Positions 39,411-54,000 of a stretch of 64,000 nucleotides of DNA are shown one piece after another. The notes below the pieces were generated by a model, which was given only the letters and a program-made list of their open reading frames with translations, searched no databases and was not told the origin of the DNA. Position 1 is the stretch's first letter. Each line of letters opens with the position of its first letter. The stretch spans positions 56,298,001-56,362,000 of the forward strand of contig NW_024704743.1 of the NCBI RefSeq assembly GCF_018977255.1, written 5' to 3'. Position numbers and translations under genes: made by a program. The DNA is from Callorhinchus milii. Taxonomy: Eukaryota.

Positions 39411-39705
39411 TCCTGTAGCTCAGTGGTTAGAGCACTCGCCTCGCAAGCAAGAGACCTGGGTTTGATTCCTGGCAGGGCGAAACCTTGGACAAGTTTCCTT
39501 ACTCCACACGCCTCATAATAAACCCTCAAGAAAAAAAATAATAAATTGATCACTTCAATCCACGACTGTTTGTGCACACTGCTGTGAGCAATTGGCTGCT
39601 GCATTTCACCCACAAATACACAGTTAATTCACTTTACAGTATATTCTGGAAGAGCTTTGAAAAGAGGTGAAAAGCGCTATATCAAATGCAAGGATTATTA
39701 TTATC
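39411..39705 (+). mobile_element. tRNA-Ala-headed SINE
   Basis: tcctgtagctcagtggttagagcactcgcctcgcaagcaagagacctgggtttgattcc; anticodon-loop equivalent CTCGCAA (CGC, Ala); (att)n tail. Confidence 0.88.
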
Positions 39706-42700
39706 ACGTCAGTGAGATGTCTCAAAGAGCTTCACAGAATTTATTGTAAAGTGTAGTAAATGATTATTTTGTGGGCAACTGTATATTTTGCCCACAAAAT
39801 ATACCAGTTAATTACCATCCAGTTAATGGAAGCATCACGTAATGGGTAACCTTTTTTCATACATTCCACATATTTTCCTCTAAATGTAAATAATGTGATT
39901 GCACTTCCATTAAATGTCTGTGCTGTTACTAATATACAGGATAGTGGTTCACTTATCAAATACTGAAGTTCTCTAATCACCCATAATCATCTGTGCCCTG
40001 TGCTGAAAATTCTGGATTTGCACTGTAAATTAGTGACCAGAGTTGTGAACATTCCTTTTTTAAGATATCTTTTCTAATTGGGTGAGTTTATCCCATTAAT
40101 TTGATGGATGGGATGGCTGTCAGAGGATGATGCTAACCTATTGTGTAAGGTATGCTGCTTGGCACATTCTAAACGTGGGTTTGCAAAATACTCGGAACAA
40201 CCAGAAATCTGTGTCAACATCCTGTATCCTTATAACGCCTGTAGATATTTACATATCATTAAAAGCGCTAAGAACTTTAAGACCTCTAATAAGAACTTAC
40301 TTTTGGATCAGCATCTGGTACTGTTTATCAAAGCCATGTGAAACATTACTCCTTCTGAAGCAACTGGTAAAAGAAATCGGATTGTCTTAGAATAATAATA
40401 ATAAAAATAAAAGTAACATCCATTGATTTGTAAAGTGGCAGTGTTATTGGTCTGGTCGACTCATCACTGAAAATCATTGAGAAATTCCCTCATTAGAGTG
40501 ATTTAAACTGTAATAAGATAATAATATTATACAAATAATTCCAGCACCTTGGGATGTCCTCCTGAGGTGAAAGGCATTATATAAATTCAATTTGTTATTG
40601 CAATAAAATAAAAGATTAGCAACTTCATTTGGAATGGGTAGTAAGTGCACTTTCTTTCACCAATGCAATCTGGGTTAAAATCTACCTCAATCTCTGACTG
40701 TCTATCTAGATCAATATCTTCTCTGTGATTTTTAAGGAATGCATTATGAGTATTCTATGAACTATTTAAGTAAAGATCATAAGAGACGTTCAGATCAAGA
40801 AGGTCCTTCAACCAGCCCATTTGATCTCATGCTTCCAAAAGGCACACCCTACCATACTGCATCATAACATCAAGCTGCATTTTAAATGAGTTCAGTTTCC
40901 TGACATCTGTCCTCCTTCTGGTAACCTGGTTCAGTTGTTAATTGGGTAAATAAATACTTCCTGGTACCTGTCCTGAAGTTGCCCTTTACTGTGTTAAACC
41001 TGTGCCCTCTTATCCTGCTGTCTTGGTGCCTTCAAAATTGTTGTTCAAAGTTTACTTTACTCAATCTCATTTAAAATCCAATTGAGCTCTGAGAAGCTTC
41101 CATCAAAGACTTAAGGTTTTGGTTGGTATCATATTTCTTAGTTTTTTTTCATTTGCGAATGTTTGCAATATTAAAATTGAATATTGACTGAGGTTTGTTT
41201 GGAGGAGTTATGTGAACTGAAATTCCAATTTACGGTTTCCCAAATGGTCGGTTCAAGATCTCAGTTTGACGATCAAGAAGAAGGTAGAGGGTGGGTTGAA
41301 AGGTCACAAGACACTTTATTTAACTCTGCTCACACACATCTCCTAGTGGCTTGTGATGGTACAGCACAAAAAGAAGCCTGATCTTCCCAAGAGAATGGAG
41401 CATGGGCAGAACAGGTGAATTGAGGGGAAGATAATTGCAAACATTTGAATTTTTTTAAAAAAGGGAAATTAAGTATAAAGCCATGTAATACATTGTAATT
41501 TTCATGCATATAATTTTTCAGGTGATTGCATAACATCAAACCCTGATTTAAAATTGCACTTTTAGATTATGTTGGTCAAGGGTTATTAAAGAGCTGTTTT
41601 CTGCTCTTCTTCCAGTCTATGACTGTGTATCTAATAGGGCTCATTTCCTTGAAGGTAATATAGATTGACTACCCATTCCTCAATATCTTGACAATGTGTT
41701 ATAAATACTGCATGATCTCTAAAATATGCTCACCAGGTCAGCCAATATTAGCGGCAGGGAGTCAATATTAAGTGAACGTGGTAATTTTAAAGTTAACATT
41801 GATTTTTTTTAAGCATGAATTTCGGGTGCGATAATTTTCTCACAAATGTATATTAATTGGCCACATTCTATTTACAATGAAATAAATAGTCTGAGTGTTG
41901 CTTTAGTTGTGTTGTCCATGTTACAGACTATCTATCCATTCTTCCAGAAGACTGTCCATTGTTTTACCAACTCACAGATTATCTTTTGGTTGAGTTGCTG
42001 GTTAAGACTTTCTTGCTCTTAATTTCCAGATCTTTACTTACTGGTTTGGTACTACCCCACATGAAAAGCACTATATAAATGCATGTTATTAATGATCCTT
42101 ACAATTGATATAGTGCTTTTCACGTAGAGGATATCCCAAAGCGTTTCACAGAATATACTGTAAAGTGGAGTGTTTGATATTGATGGTGGCTTTAGCTTTA
42201 TAATTGAGATTGATACCTGAATTGTCTGGATTGTTTTCAATTATTCTGCCCACTGTTTTGCGAAGCTGGTTCCTTACCATCACAAAGCTAGAAAAAATGC
42301 ACAGTCACTACACTTTACAGTAAATCCTCTGAAGTGCTTTCAGACACCCTCCTGACATGAAAGATGCAATATCAAATGCAAGGATTATTATTCAATTTGT
42401 GCATTGGGTTAACAATCCATGTGCAAAATTTGTACAAAATTTGTGATCACTCTTCAATTTGCGTCTGTAAATTCAAAAACGACTTGGATTAATTACTTGG
42501 GGAAGAATTCAATTCAGAGTCAAAGTAGTGTAGATTAATTTTTTGTTTTACTTAAAATCATCCAGGGGATCACAGTGGTCTTTTCTCATTTTGTAAAATC
42601 CTATGTTGCACTACATTCAGAATTTTTATATAAAATGTATGTGACTCGGAGAAATTGCAGGGATAATATTTATGATCATTTAGAGAACCATATATTGCAA

Positions 42701-45700
42701 ACCCAATTACATTGGAAGTGGTGTTAATTTAAGAATGGTGTGCATCAAAAAAGAGTTCCTGCTTTAAACCAAAATAATTGATTGGTCACTCCTAATGAAT
42801 GATACTTGCCAATCTGATGTCAGGCATTGCTGCTTTAAACGGAACCAGAGATCTAACGATTTTGAAAGCATTCCACTCATTGTTAATGATAAATCAAGAA
42901 ATAGAGCTTTAATGTAGTGTAGAAGGATAGGTTTCCACTAATTACATATAATTTTTAGTGTCCACTTAATCATTACAGCATTAAACTGGAGAAGACAATA
43001 ATATTAGTGGTATTGGGTTCTAATGGATATCAGCAGTAATTGCTGTCATCGTACTGCTTTAAGTGTAAAATAACTGCATACAAACTATTAAAATGAAAAT
43101 GAAGACTAGAAGAAACAATGTTTATGTGCACAGTTATAATAACGTCAGCTGCTTATTGTATCTTAACATGTTTTTAAACATTTGCATTAACGAAGGAGAA
43201 GGAAATAGAGGGTTATGGGAGAGGGGATTAAAAGGGGTGATGTACTAGTTCCAATCTAATATTAAAAGATGACTTTTCCCTTTGGCCTGGTGTTGTTGGG
43301 TAATGTAGATTCCCTCAGAACTTCATAAAACGCGTATTGATGCATCTAAAATCTCATTTTTAATGATGTATTTGAATGATGCATATTTCTAATTTTTTTA
43401 AACACATATCTGTATGAATAAGAGGGGTTGATTGGCAGAACAGAATATCCCAGTTATAGTAGCATAGACGATATCAGCATTTATATTGTGTAGCAACTCG
43501 TAATAGAAACTCATGATGCAGGCTGGATTGCTTTATAATTTTCGTTATTGACTGAATCGTTTTAACTGGGATAGTCACTCATTAGACCTCGGCTCCAAAG
43601 CGGTCTTGAGAACTGAGATTTTACAAGTAAGTATGACATACATCTTTCTCTTTGTGAGATGATTACCATCATGAAGAGCTCTTTCAGACCATTTTTTTCC
43701 CTCTTCCCCCCCCCTTCTCGCTCGCAAATTGTGACTAATTTCTTCAAGGATAGAAACCAAGGATTTAACTGGCCTGTCTGCAGTTTTGCTCCTGTCTGCT
43801 TAGTGCGTAAAGCACAGATATGGTGAATTTGTTAAACATTTCTTTTGTGGCAGGAGTTGAACTCAATCTTAATTATACATATTTACTGAACAAAACTGTG
43901 TTGCAAAATTATTGGTGGGTGTACTTTAATCGACTCTGCTTCTTAATAATTTCTTTGATTGTAGATTTATTACTGGGGTGTCTCCTAATTAATTCACTGT
44001 ATATAATATAATTTAGCAAAATTATGGCAGAAATAGTTTTCATGCCAATAATGCAATTTCACAATGAATGGAAAGTGGAGATGGTGAAGAGGTTACAAAT
44101 AAAGCGTTGGGTCATCCTGCACAACGTGGTCCTGGAGTACGATGCTGCTATGTCATTGTTTCATTGACCCCCCCGCCCCACCATTGGCGGGAGAGCCTTC
44201 AGCCACTCTGCCCCCAACCTCTGGAATTCCATCACCCAGTCACTCCGGCTCGCCCTCTCCTTAGCCTCCTTCAAGTCCCGTCTCTTCGACCATGCCATCG
44301 GCCACCCCCCTTTCCTACTACTACTGTAGTCAACTTCATTATTTCAAAAGGCTCCAATATATATTAAACAGAGAAGCAGCAGAGAAGGACACTTCGGTGG
44401 TGGAACTCTCATCTAGGCAGTATTTTTCATTTGTCGTCTCATGCACAGAAGTTTAAAGATAGAATTTTTTTTAATTTTGAGGCAAATTCCTGGAGCTTGT
44501 ATTAGAAAATGGATGACTTGCTGCTTGGTAACCTAGTGCAACATAAAGACTGTATCTGTTCTTGGCAAACACCATTCTTGTTGCTTGTCTCAAGCTGTAG
44601 TTGATTATATATGCTACTTGATAACCCCCCATAAAGTAATTTTGAAGTAAGCAGCAAATATCTTTCATTCTGTTGGCACTGCCAAGTTGGTATCTGCATA
44701 TTCCACAAGTTACCATTTACTTTAGCTGGAATTAAATCTTTAAAATATTTAACATTACTAAAGAATATTTTCAGTTAATTTGCTGTGTATCCATGGAAAT
44801 GTGAGAGTCATTCAGGGCCAATGTTTAGTGATAATTAACTGGAGATTAATTCCCCTTGAATGAATTATCACTTTGGAGTTCAGTGAAAATTCTCAAAGAA
44901 TAACTGTGACCTTATCAAGTATTTTTAATGAGATTTTTTATGGATGCACAATAATACCTTGTAAACCAAAGTATCTGATATTGGTGCTTGAATTGAGTAT
45001 TTGAGGTTTTCAGTATATGAAATCTGGAATATAGAAAGGAACAAATTGCATAAGTAATAACTTTATTTTAGGAAAAAAGTGGTTTCATAAATTTGCACTT
45101 AGCCACATTAATACATCTTCTGTGGTTTGCACCACATAGCATGAATTATTTGATCAATTGTCCTAGGGACTTCAAGTCTAAGGCTGTAATGAATAACTTA
45201 AATGTATTGTAACATATATTAATCAGATTTTTTTAACATTTTAACACATTTTTAAATCCTATATCATGAAATTGTTCAAACAAATGTGTCCCAGACAATA
45301 AAAGCAATTTCTGTTTAATGTAAATATAGTGTGACCATTTCTCTTTCTTTTTTTCTGCCTCTCTTCTGGTCCGGCTTCTTTTTGTTGGAAGGACAGTTCC
45401 ACGAGTGCTGGTTCCCATCTGCCCAATCGATGACCATGGATCATTGTCAGTGATACTCTGCAGGCCAATTGACTGCACAGTCGAGCATGACATCTCCCCA
45501 TCTCATTGCTACACATGCATGCAAACAATAGTGGGACCAGGAGCAGGAATCCTGGCAGGTTTCCTCCTCCAAATGTAGGAATGCATAAATCTGCATTTGA
45601 ACCAGCAAACTTGAAGCCATGCAGCTCTATCCACTACACCACTGAAGGTGTCTCCCATCCCCTCCACGTATCGTGGCCATGCTTTCAATCACTGTGCCCC

Positions 45701-47847
45701 AAGACTCTGGAACTCTCTGCCTCAGCCCCTTCACCTTGTTCCCTCTCGCCTTCTTCGTAGCACACCTGAAGACTACCCTCATCAATTGTGCCTATAGTTA
45801 CCTCCCTTCTCTCCCTGGCTCCACCTCAAGCTCTGCCACTGCTAAGCTCACCGAAACACTACCCTGTGTGAAGGACACTATTTACATCAAGTTATCTTCC
45901 CCTCCTCCCCGCCACCTCCAACCTACCCCCATCCCCCCCCCCCACCTACCGCATTGTGATAACAAATAAAGAAGCTTAGCATAAATTACCCACTTAATTT
46001 TAAGAAAAGTATATTTCTAAATTGTTGGCTCTGATAATTTGGAGAATGGCAACATGGTAGTTTGTGGAACATCTTCACCCCTGATGTGCTATACCCAAAT
46101 AGCTGTATTTTTTGAGATAATAGGAAACTGCTCCAATTAGGGGGTGCATAAATTAGAGGCAAACTACTTTTTTATGGAAAAAAAATTGGCTCTTTTATTC
46201 AAGCTCCTTCTTAGGCTATTTAAAGTTCAGCAGTCAGGAGGGAATGGTCCTTTAATAAATTGTGGGTCATTTAAAAAAAAAGTTTGCATTTTGCTGAACA
46301 TGCATTTTGGGGGGAAGTGGGGAGGAACATCTACTTGAGCTAACTGTAGCCTTAGCAGATTGTATTGAATTCACATCAAGCAATAGCAATGTTTGCTTCA
46401 AGGCTGCTCTCATATTTGTATTCCATTATAGACACAAAAAAAATCCAATCGGTAAACTGTAATGTTAAAAAAAACTATTTATACGTATGTGATATTTATC
46501 ACCTATGATAGAGAAGAAATCAGTGCGAAAATAAGGCAGTAAATCATGCTGAAGGATGTATTAAGTGTCAAAAAAATCAATGTGGAACACTTTTTCGTGA
46601 TTCTGTCAAAAACAGCTCACAGCCTCTTATACCAACAATCTGGTCGCAACTTATTGCAAGTATCCTTTTGACAGTTTATATGAAATGAAGTTCAGTTTGC
46701 TTTCCACCATCATGCACGAGGAAGAAGGGAATAGAGGGGTATATGGGAGGGGATTAGGAGGCTTTTGAAGGCTCATGTAGCGTATAAACACTGGCACGGA
46801 CTAGTTTGGCCGAATGGTCTGTTTCCATGTTGCAACAGTCTGCGTAATTCTAGGTAATGTGGATCATTATCTGTGCTACATTCTGCCTACTTTGTTCTTA
46901 ACAAAGATGTAATTACCAGAGATAACTGCCAAGATTTATATAACTTTTTTTCGAAGATACACTCTCACCATTATTGCTCTTTTTCAAAAAATAAATCCAC
47001 AATTATCATTAATATTAACGTTCATGGCCTTTATCTGTTTCTGCAGGGCTTTTGTGTTAAATAGTGGTAGCTGGTAACATTTGAGAAGAGATCAAATTAG
47101 TTTCAGTTGAGTTGAACAGTATTGGGGAATTGCATAGAGAATACATAGAGGGGTGAAAATGCAATGTTTCACAACAGATTCAATAATAATCCTTATATTT
47201 GATAATATTTACTGTTTGATATCATGCCTTATTACATCATTGAGATGTCTCAAAGCGCTTCACAGGATATATTATAAAGTGGATTGACTATGTATTTTAT
47301 GGGCAAAATGCAGCAGTCAGTTTTGCACACAGCAATCTCCCACAAATACCATGAAACGAATGAACAATTATATTTGGGCGATTTGTTGGTCAGAACACCA
47401 GGAGAAACTCCCTTCTCTTCAAATAGTTCCATGGGATCTTTAACATCTACCTGAACAAGCAGAACAGGTCCTCGGTTTAATGTATCAACCAAAGGATGGT
47501 ACTTCCAACAATCTTTCATGTAGGAAGGACATCTCAAAGATTTTCAAGGAATTTCCTGTGATCTGTAGTGACAGTATATTTTATAGGAGTAGATTTAATG
47601 TCACATTGAAAAAGCAGTTGATAACTATTGTCTTTGTTTTAATATAAACCATGTCTTTGGCACATTGGCTGTGGGTCCAAAGTTTTAAACAATTGCCATT
47701 GTTTTGTTGCCTTCCATTATTCATCAGCCTTGAAAAGGATTTAAAAATGTGCATGTGATGAATGGGATAGGGAAAGTTAACCCACAATAACACTGTCTAA
47801 TCCCCTTAAACAGTAGGTTGGTAAAGGAGATTTTTTCGGACAGATAA

Positions 47848-48022
47848 CAACAAAAACAACAACAACTTGCATTTATATAGCGCCCTCCACACAATGGTGG
47901 AGCCCGAGCTGGAGCCAGGGAAACGGGGAAGGTGACCGTAGGCACGGTCGAAGGGGAAGGAGAGAGGCGAAGCGAGGAGGGAGTTCCAAAGTTTTGAGGC
48001 GTAGTGGCTGAAGGCACGGCTC
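47848..48022 (-). mobile_element. L2 3' end fragment
   Basis: RAFSHYASKLWNSL...FDRAYGHLP; (TTG)n tail. Confidence 0.85.
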
Positions 48023-51000
48023 TGTGACAAGGAGCTACTGTCGTTCACAGACACTATGAAGTATTTCTTTACACAGAAGGTAATCAAAGCTGGGGTTATG
48101 AGGAAGGGTGGTGGAGGACAGGATACTACTTCATGTTATTATGGGAAAAAGGTAGAGTGGGTACTTTAGAAAAAAATAAGATCAAATGGGCCCAAGGCTC
48201 TTCTTTATCCATACCTTCGCTTGCGAACGTTAATATGCAAAGATTTAGTTTAAAACTCAGTTTGCAAAGTATTGTGAATATGTGGAAACTCAGAGGTTGT
48301 AACAGCAGTGCGCTGAATCTGCTGATTTCAGTGTAGGATATTTGCAATGAAACAGCTGGTTTGTGAAATTAAACAAAAATAAATTAATTTGCCTGACAGT
48401 AGTAATTGTGCAAAACTCCATATATGGCTGGTGAGCCAGTGAAGCCTGTAATATACATCAGTAACTGGAAGATGATTTGATGCCAATAAAATTCCCATCA
48501 GGTGCTGGAAGTTGACGGGGCGTCCCAGTGTTCTGTCACCCGAAGCCATCATAAACAAGCACTGATGGGTCAATGACAATAATTAGCACAAGGCTAATGG
48601 GACATAGAAGATCACATTTTTCTTTTCAGCTGGAGAGAGTTGAATCTTTGCCAGTTTCTGCAAATTTGCTGTAACTTCCTAAGAGAAGTTTTTTTTAAAA
48701 ATACTAAAAATGAACCAGTTCTGGGAATTAAAGGGGTCATATCCCACTACCAGATTTTTACATTTTTTTTAAAAAACTATAAAAATCACAGGTTTCATTT
48801 TAACAAAGGAACAAAGACAAGTTTATAATTTGGCTTGTACGAGTCATTCTCCCCTTGGCAGTAAATTTGTTTGGTGTTTGGCTGGAGTGATTTATTCTTC
48901 CCTTATCAGTATGTGGAGCTACAGTTGCCCCCAAACACTTGTGGGATTTCCCATTAATGGGAAGTGGAGAATAACCCTGATATAATGAAGGATTCAGTTT
49001 TTCTGATCTATTCAAAGCAATGACATAAGAATAATTAGACATTGAATTACATTTGAAATACATTCAGCATAGCACCAATTATTGTTACAACCTTTAGCAA
49101 GCAAATGTAGGTAGAAATCAGGGACAGGGATGATTGCTAGCAATGGGCAGGAGCTGTGAAAATGACAGGTCCGATAACTAAATGGATACAAAAAATTATA
49201 TCCATGACGCTTATCAAGACTTAACAAGACATCAATTTTTACTTATTTTTAATTATTAATTATCAAAACTCGAACTCTGAACTTTTCATCTGTCGGTGTT
49301 AGCTTGACTGACTTTCTTTAACCTCTTCTACCCATTGAAAAATGAAATGCTGGAATATTCACTGTAAGTTTGGCTCAGTTGGTACAGCTCTTGCCTCAAG
49401 TTCAGAAGCTCTTGGGTTCAAGTCACATGTCACTACTTTGAGCTCATATGGTAGAATCCATGCTGATTTTACAATTCACTGCTGGGGGAAGTGCTATTTT
49501 ATTATTAACCAAGGCCCTATCTGCTTGTTCCCAAAATGTTAATTGCAAAGCCACTATTTGAAAAGAGAAGCAAAATAAATCGCTTCCAAACCAAGTTTCC
49601 GTGTATTTACATGACGTACTGTTTGCTGCCAATGCGCAAAGGAAATTGCCTAATGACCCAGAAGTCAGTCTTGTAGCATGGAAAAATGGCCGACATGTGG
49701 GAGGTGAGCAGGCTGGCTGTGCATATGTGCTGTGAATGTGGTTAACAGGGCAACTGCATTGTAAACACATTTGTGCTCCAGTGAAGTGCTTCATAACAGC
49801 ATTGTAGTTGTGCATGACAGGCTGCACTGTGGACTGCAATAAAATTGACAGAAGGACTGATTTTATTTAAAAAAACATTTACATGGTTTTTTTAAAAATA
49901 CCAAAATGTCTCATTATTGTGGTCATCGATGATTTAGTAGAGAGAAGTAAATGAAATAAATTATAGGATTTTTTCCCCTCCTACATATAGATTAAAGAGG
50001 TCCATTTGGACAAAAAGTGCAATCGGCATGACAAATGTGTAATGAATCAATAGTCCATTCATTGGAACACGGTGACCAAAGCAAGATGCTTAGATGTTGA
50101 GATTGTGGTCTGCTAAGTAATTGCTATAAACTGAGGTCAGTTGAGTGATGGAGATTGTGTATTCAAACAGGTCAGAAACTTCTGCTCCGTTTGGATAATA
50201 GATTGCATAAGCTTTATGTCATTATTTCATTTGAGACGAGTATATTTTTAAAAAGATTTACTGTCCTATGATGTATCCAAAACATTAATCTGAATTAAAC
50301 CACCTGAACCTCAATCGAAAGCTTCATTCATGGACTAGCGACTCCAAAGGCAGCCCCAGGCTAGCTTTGCGCCCAACCACTATACTACATCCAGGAGTCC
50401 CTCCAACTCAATCCCCTCTCACCTTGTTCAAGGTCCACCTCATGACCTATCTCTTTTACCATGCTTTTGGTCATCTTTCCCAACACGTCTCTGTGCACCT
50501 CGGACATCCTCCCAACATCAAATGTTGTATACATTTGTAAATTTGTTTTGTACTATACAACAACTTGAACTTATACAGCACGGTATCTTGGAACGCTGAA
50601 AATGTTGTGGGGAGGGTGGTAGTAGGGGTTTGGGGATACTCCTGCAGCTAGTTGATGATGATTTGCTGCACCTAATCCATATGGTTCATAATTGTGACTA
50701 TCTCCAGTGATTGTTATCACATTTCACCTTGCAATTGTCACCCTGAAAGTGCACAGCAGTAATTTTCTTTATGAGAAGTAAAATAACCCTTTGTTAATAT
50801 TAATAATAATAATAATAAATAGTAGCAAATAGTAACCTTGTGTTTGGTGTAGCACCATATATTACCATCTCACAGAGCTTCACAGGATTTATGGTATAGT
50901 ATATACATATTTTACATAGCAGCCAATTTGCGCACAGTAATGTCCTACAAACGGTCATGAACTGAATGATCAATTTTATCTTGAGAAATGTTAGCCAGTA

Positions 51001-54000
51001 CACCGGGAGATACTTACTTCTCTTTTCAAAAATTTCAAATTGTGCGATGGGATACTTAACGACCACCTGAACAGGCAGATGGGATTCTGTATAATATGTT
51101 ATCTGAAGACTTCCTTAAGAAGATAACAGAGGAACAGGAGTAGATATTTAGTTTATCAAGCCTCATCCACCGTATTATTAGACCATGGCGGAGCTGTAAC
51201 TTAATGCCATTTCCCTTCCCTCTCATCCTTGATACCTCTAACCAAATAGCCAAATATTTCAGTTAAACCATCATCTGCAACATTTTAGGACAGTGAATTC
51301 TACATTCCACTATTCTCTGTGTTTTCCGATTTCACCCTAAACTAGTTTGTCTCTAATTGTAAGATTATTTTCTTGTTCTGCATTCCCCTATCAGAGGAAA
51401 ACTTTTGTATCTACTTCGTCAAATCCTTTCATTGTTTCAAACACCGCAATCACTTTACTGATGGTTTTATCAAAACAAGCTTTCTGTTTTTATACAAACA
51501 TGAGAGCATGTGGGACTGTGAAAAGCATATCTCTGTATCTCACATAATCCCCAAACCACTTTGCCATCAACAATTTATCATATTCTTTCTTGAAAGTGCC
51601 GACATTATTTACCTCTACTACCTTGTTGGCAAGCTGTTCCCATGTTATCTACCCTATGCATAAAGTTAGTCTATTTTCCAGAATACAATAGTGCACATGT
51701 AGCTTTCTGAGAAATGTGACAGGTTCCGATAGGTGCACAGTTTGGACCTGTGGCATACAGATGAATAGCTTTCCATTCTACCATTTCTGACAATGGAACT
51801 AATTGTGGTGATTTGTAAAAGATTTCTAAATTTAGAATCTTACATGTACCTGAATGTGTTTTGTTCTGACCTATTGGAATAGAATGCATTTATATTTACT
51901 GTATACAAATTTATTTGTAAAAATAGAAACCGAGGTACCATCTGCATATCCAGGTGGATGTTAAAGATCCCATTAGAACTATTCAAAAACAGAAGGAAGT
52001 TTCTCCTGGTGTCCTGGCCAACAATCCCCCACCCCCCAAACAAAAATTGGTCACTCACTCCATGGGTGTTTGTGGGACATTGCAGTGTGCAAATTGGCTG
52101 AACTGAATGCAAAGCTATAGTTCACAATCTTTATACATATAGATACCAATAAATATTTCTCACACTTTAATTCAAATAAGTGTTCCTCATCTAATTGTGG
52201 TTACTAAGCTGAAGTAACTGCCTTGTAAATGCTATTGAGCATAGTCAATATAATATTGCTGTCTTTTTTCAAGTAGAGTACAGTATATTATAAAAAACTG
52301 AATCTACATTATCCTCAGTCTAACTCTGACTCAAATATTATTGTTTTGCTTATGAGCATATACACCTATTTTATAATTGGATACTTAATATTCTTCCAGT
52401 ATTATATGTTGTAAAAGATTAACATAACCTTGTAAAACGAACATTTTTAAATTGTGAATTCAAATGTAATAAAATTGTGAAAGTTGCACACATTCATGAA
52501 CATTGCAAAAAAAAAACACTTGTGCAAGAAGACGAACCTGCAGTGAGTGTAAACTAAAACAAATGCTGCCTCCAGGACCTAAAATCAAAGTTGAGTCGGG
52601 CATCTCAAGAAAAAAATTGACACATTTTGAAAAAAATAACAGCACAAAAATGCTTGCATCTTCCAGTCACAAATTGGAATTAATGGCAGACATAGTTAAA
52701 GAATGGGTTTAAACTTGTGGTCTTTAATAAATTCATTATAATAATCCCATCAAGTGTGGAATAGGACACTGCAAATGTTCACTCTACTAAATCCAGATGT
52801 TTTAACAATAATAATAAAAATAATCCAACAAATCATTAAAACATCTCAAAGAAGCTTCACAGGACTTTTCTTGTAAAGTGTAGTGACTGTGAATTAGTAG
52901 GTTGTATTTGTCCTGATTAAATTGTGGTCTAATTTGTAGATGGGTTAAGCATGAATACTGAGGAAATCACATGTAGCCTTAATCATTTATCCGATAACCA
53001 GTTAATGGACCATCTGCTTTGGACATTCCTTATCCATAGAGCTGTTTGGGTATCTTCTGATCTTTTATCGTTAAGGATTTATTTCAATTTTATACACTTA
53101 CAGAAATCTTATTCTCCCTTTCTTGATTTGGTTTAATGACCCCCATCCCATCGCTTCCTTCCCCACCCTGACGTTGATTTACTTTCTTCACCAGATCCTG
53201 CCAGAGTGAAGCTGGAGATGTTTCTAGTCTTAATGATCTGGAGATGAAAATCCTGTTTCCCATACATTTAGTTCACAGTGAGAGATTGTATTGAGTTCTA
53301 GTCAAGTAAAACACGTGTGATCAAGTTCCATTTCCCTCCCCTATCTCCCACTACTTATACACATCGTCCAATGTTATCCCCAAGGTAATAGCTCACTCCT
53401 CTGCCTCCTTCCATTAGTGTTAATGGGCACTAACACCAGCATTTCTACCGTTCACTTTAAGGAACTCTAAAATATGAAGCCTAAAGTTGCTGAAAATATT
53501 ATTCAGCTTAATTCCACTGTGACTGCAGTAAACAATTAAGATGCCATTGATTTGCCAAACATACAAGGCCACAGATTTGTTTTTATCCTCTATTACTTTT
53601 CCAGGAAAAAAAGCTGCATTGCCCCACTTGATTCATCTGGATATCTATAGGATATCAGTACACTGCTTGTGTTTTTTTAACTCCACAACTATTTCAGTTT
53701 GACTGTACCTTATCTAAGTAAACAAGAGTGACACCTCAGACTCTTTAAATCCTGTGTAGTGCCCAAAGGTTAAGTAGAATGTTGCTACCCTATAACAGCA
53801 GACTGATGACAAGTATAATCTGTAACACCAAGCACTGACGTGTACAATATCAACCACTTGAATGTTCAGCAGTGAGCTGGACTGTCCAGCTAACTCATTA
53901 TTATCCTATGGGGGTTTCAGTACTCCCAAAGGAGCTCAGTAAGTCAAAGAAAATCCATACCTACTGGCTAAACAGTAGCCAGAAGGCTGACTAGAAATAT

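Noticed and set aside
39411..39480. tRNA-Ala gene (likewise at 7475-7540, 16932, 28983)
   Set aside because: Each continues into a SINE body and tail, and the stems carry mismatches. These are SINE heads.
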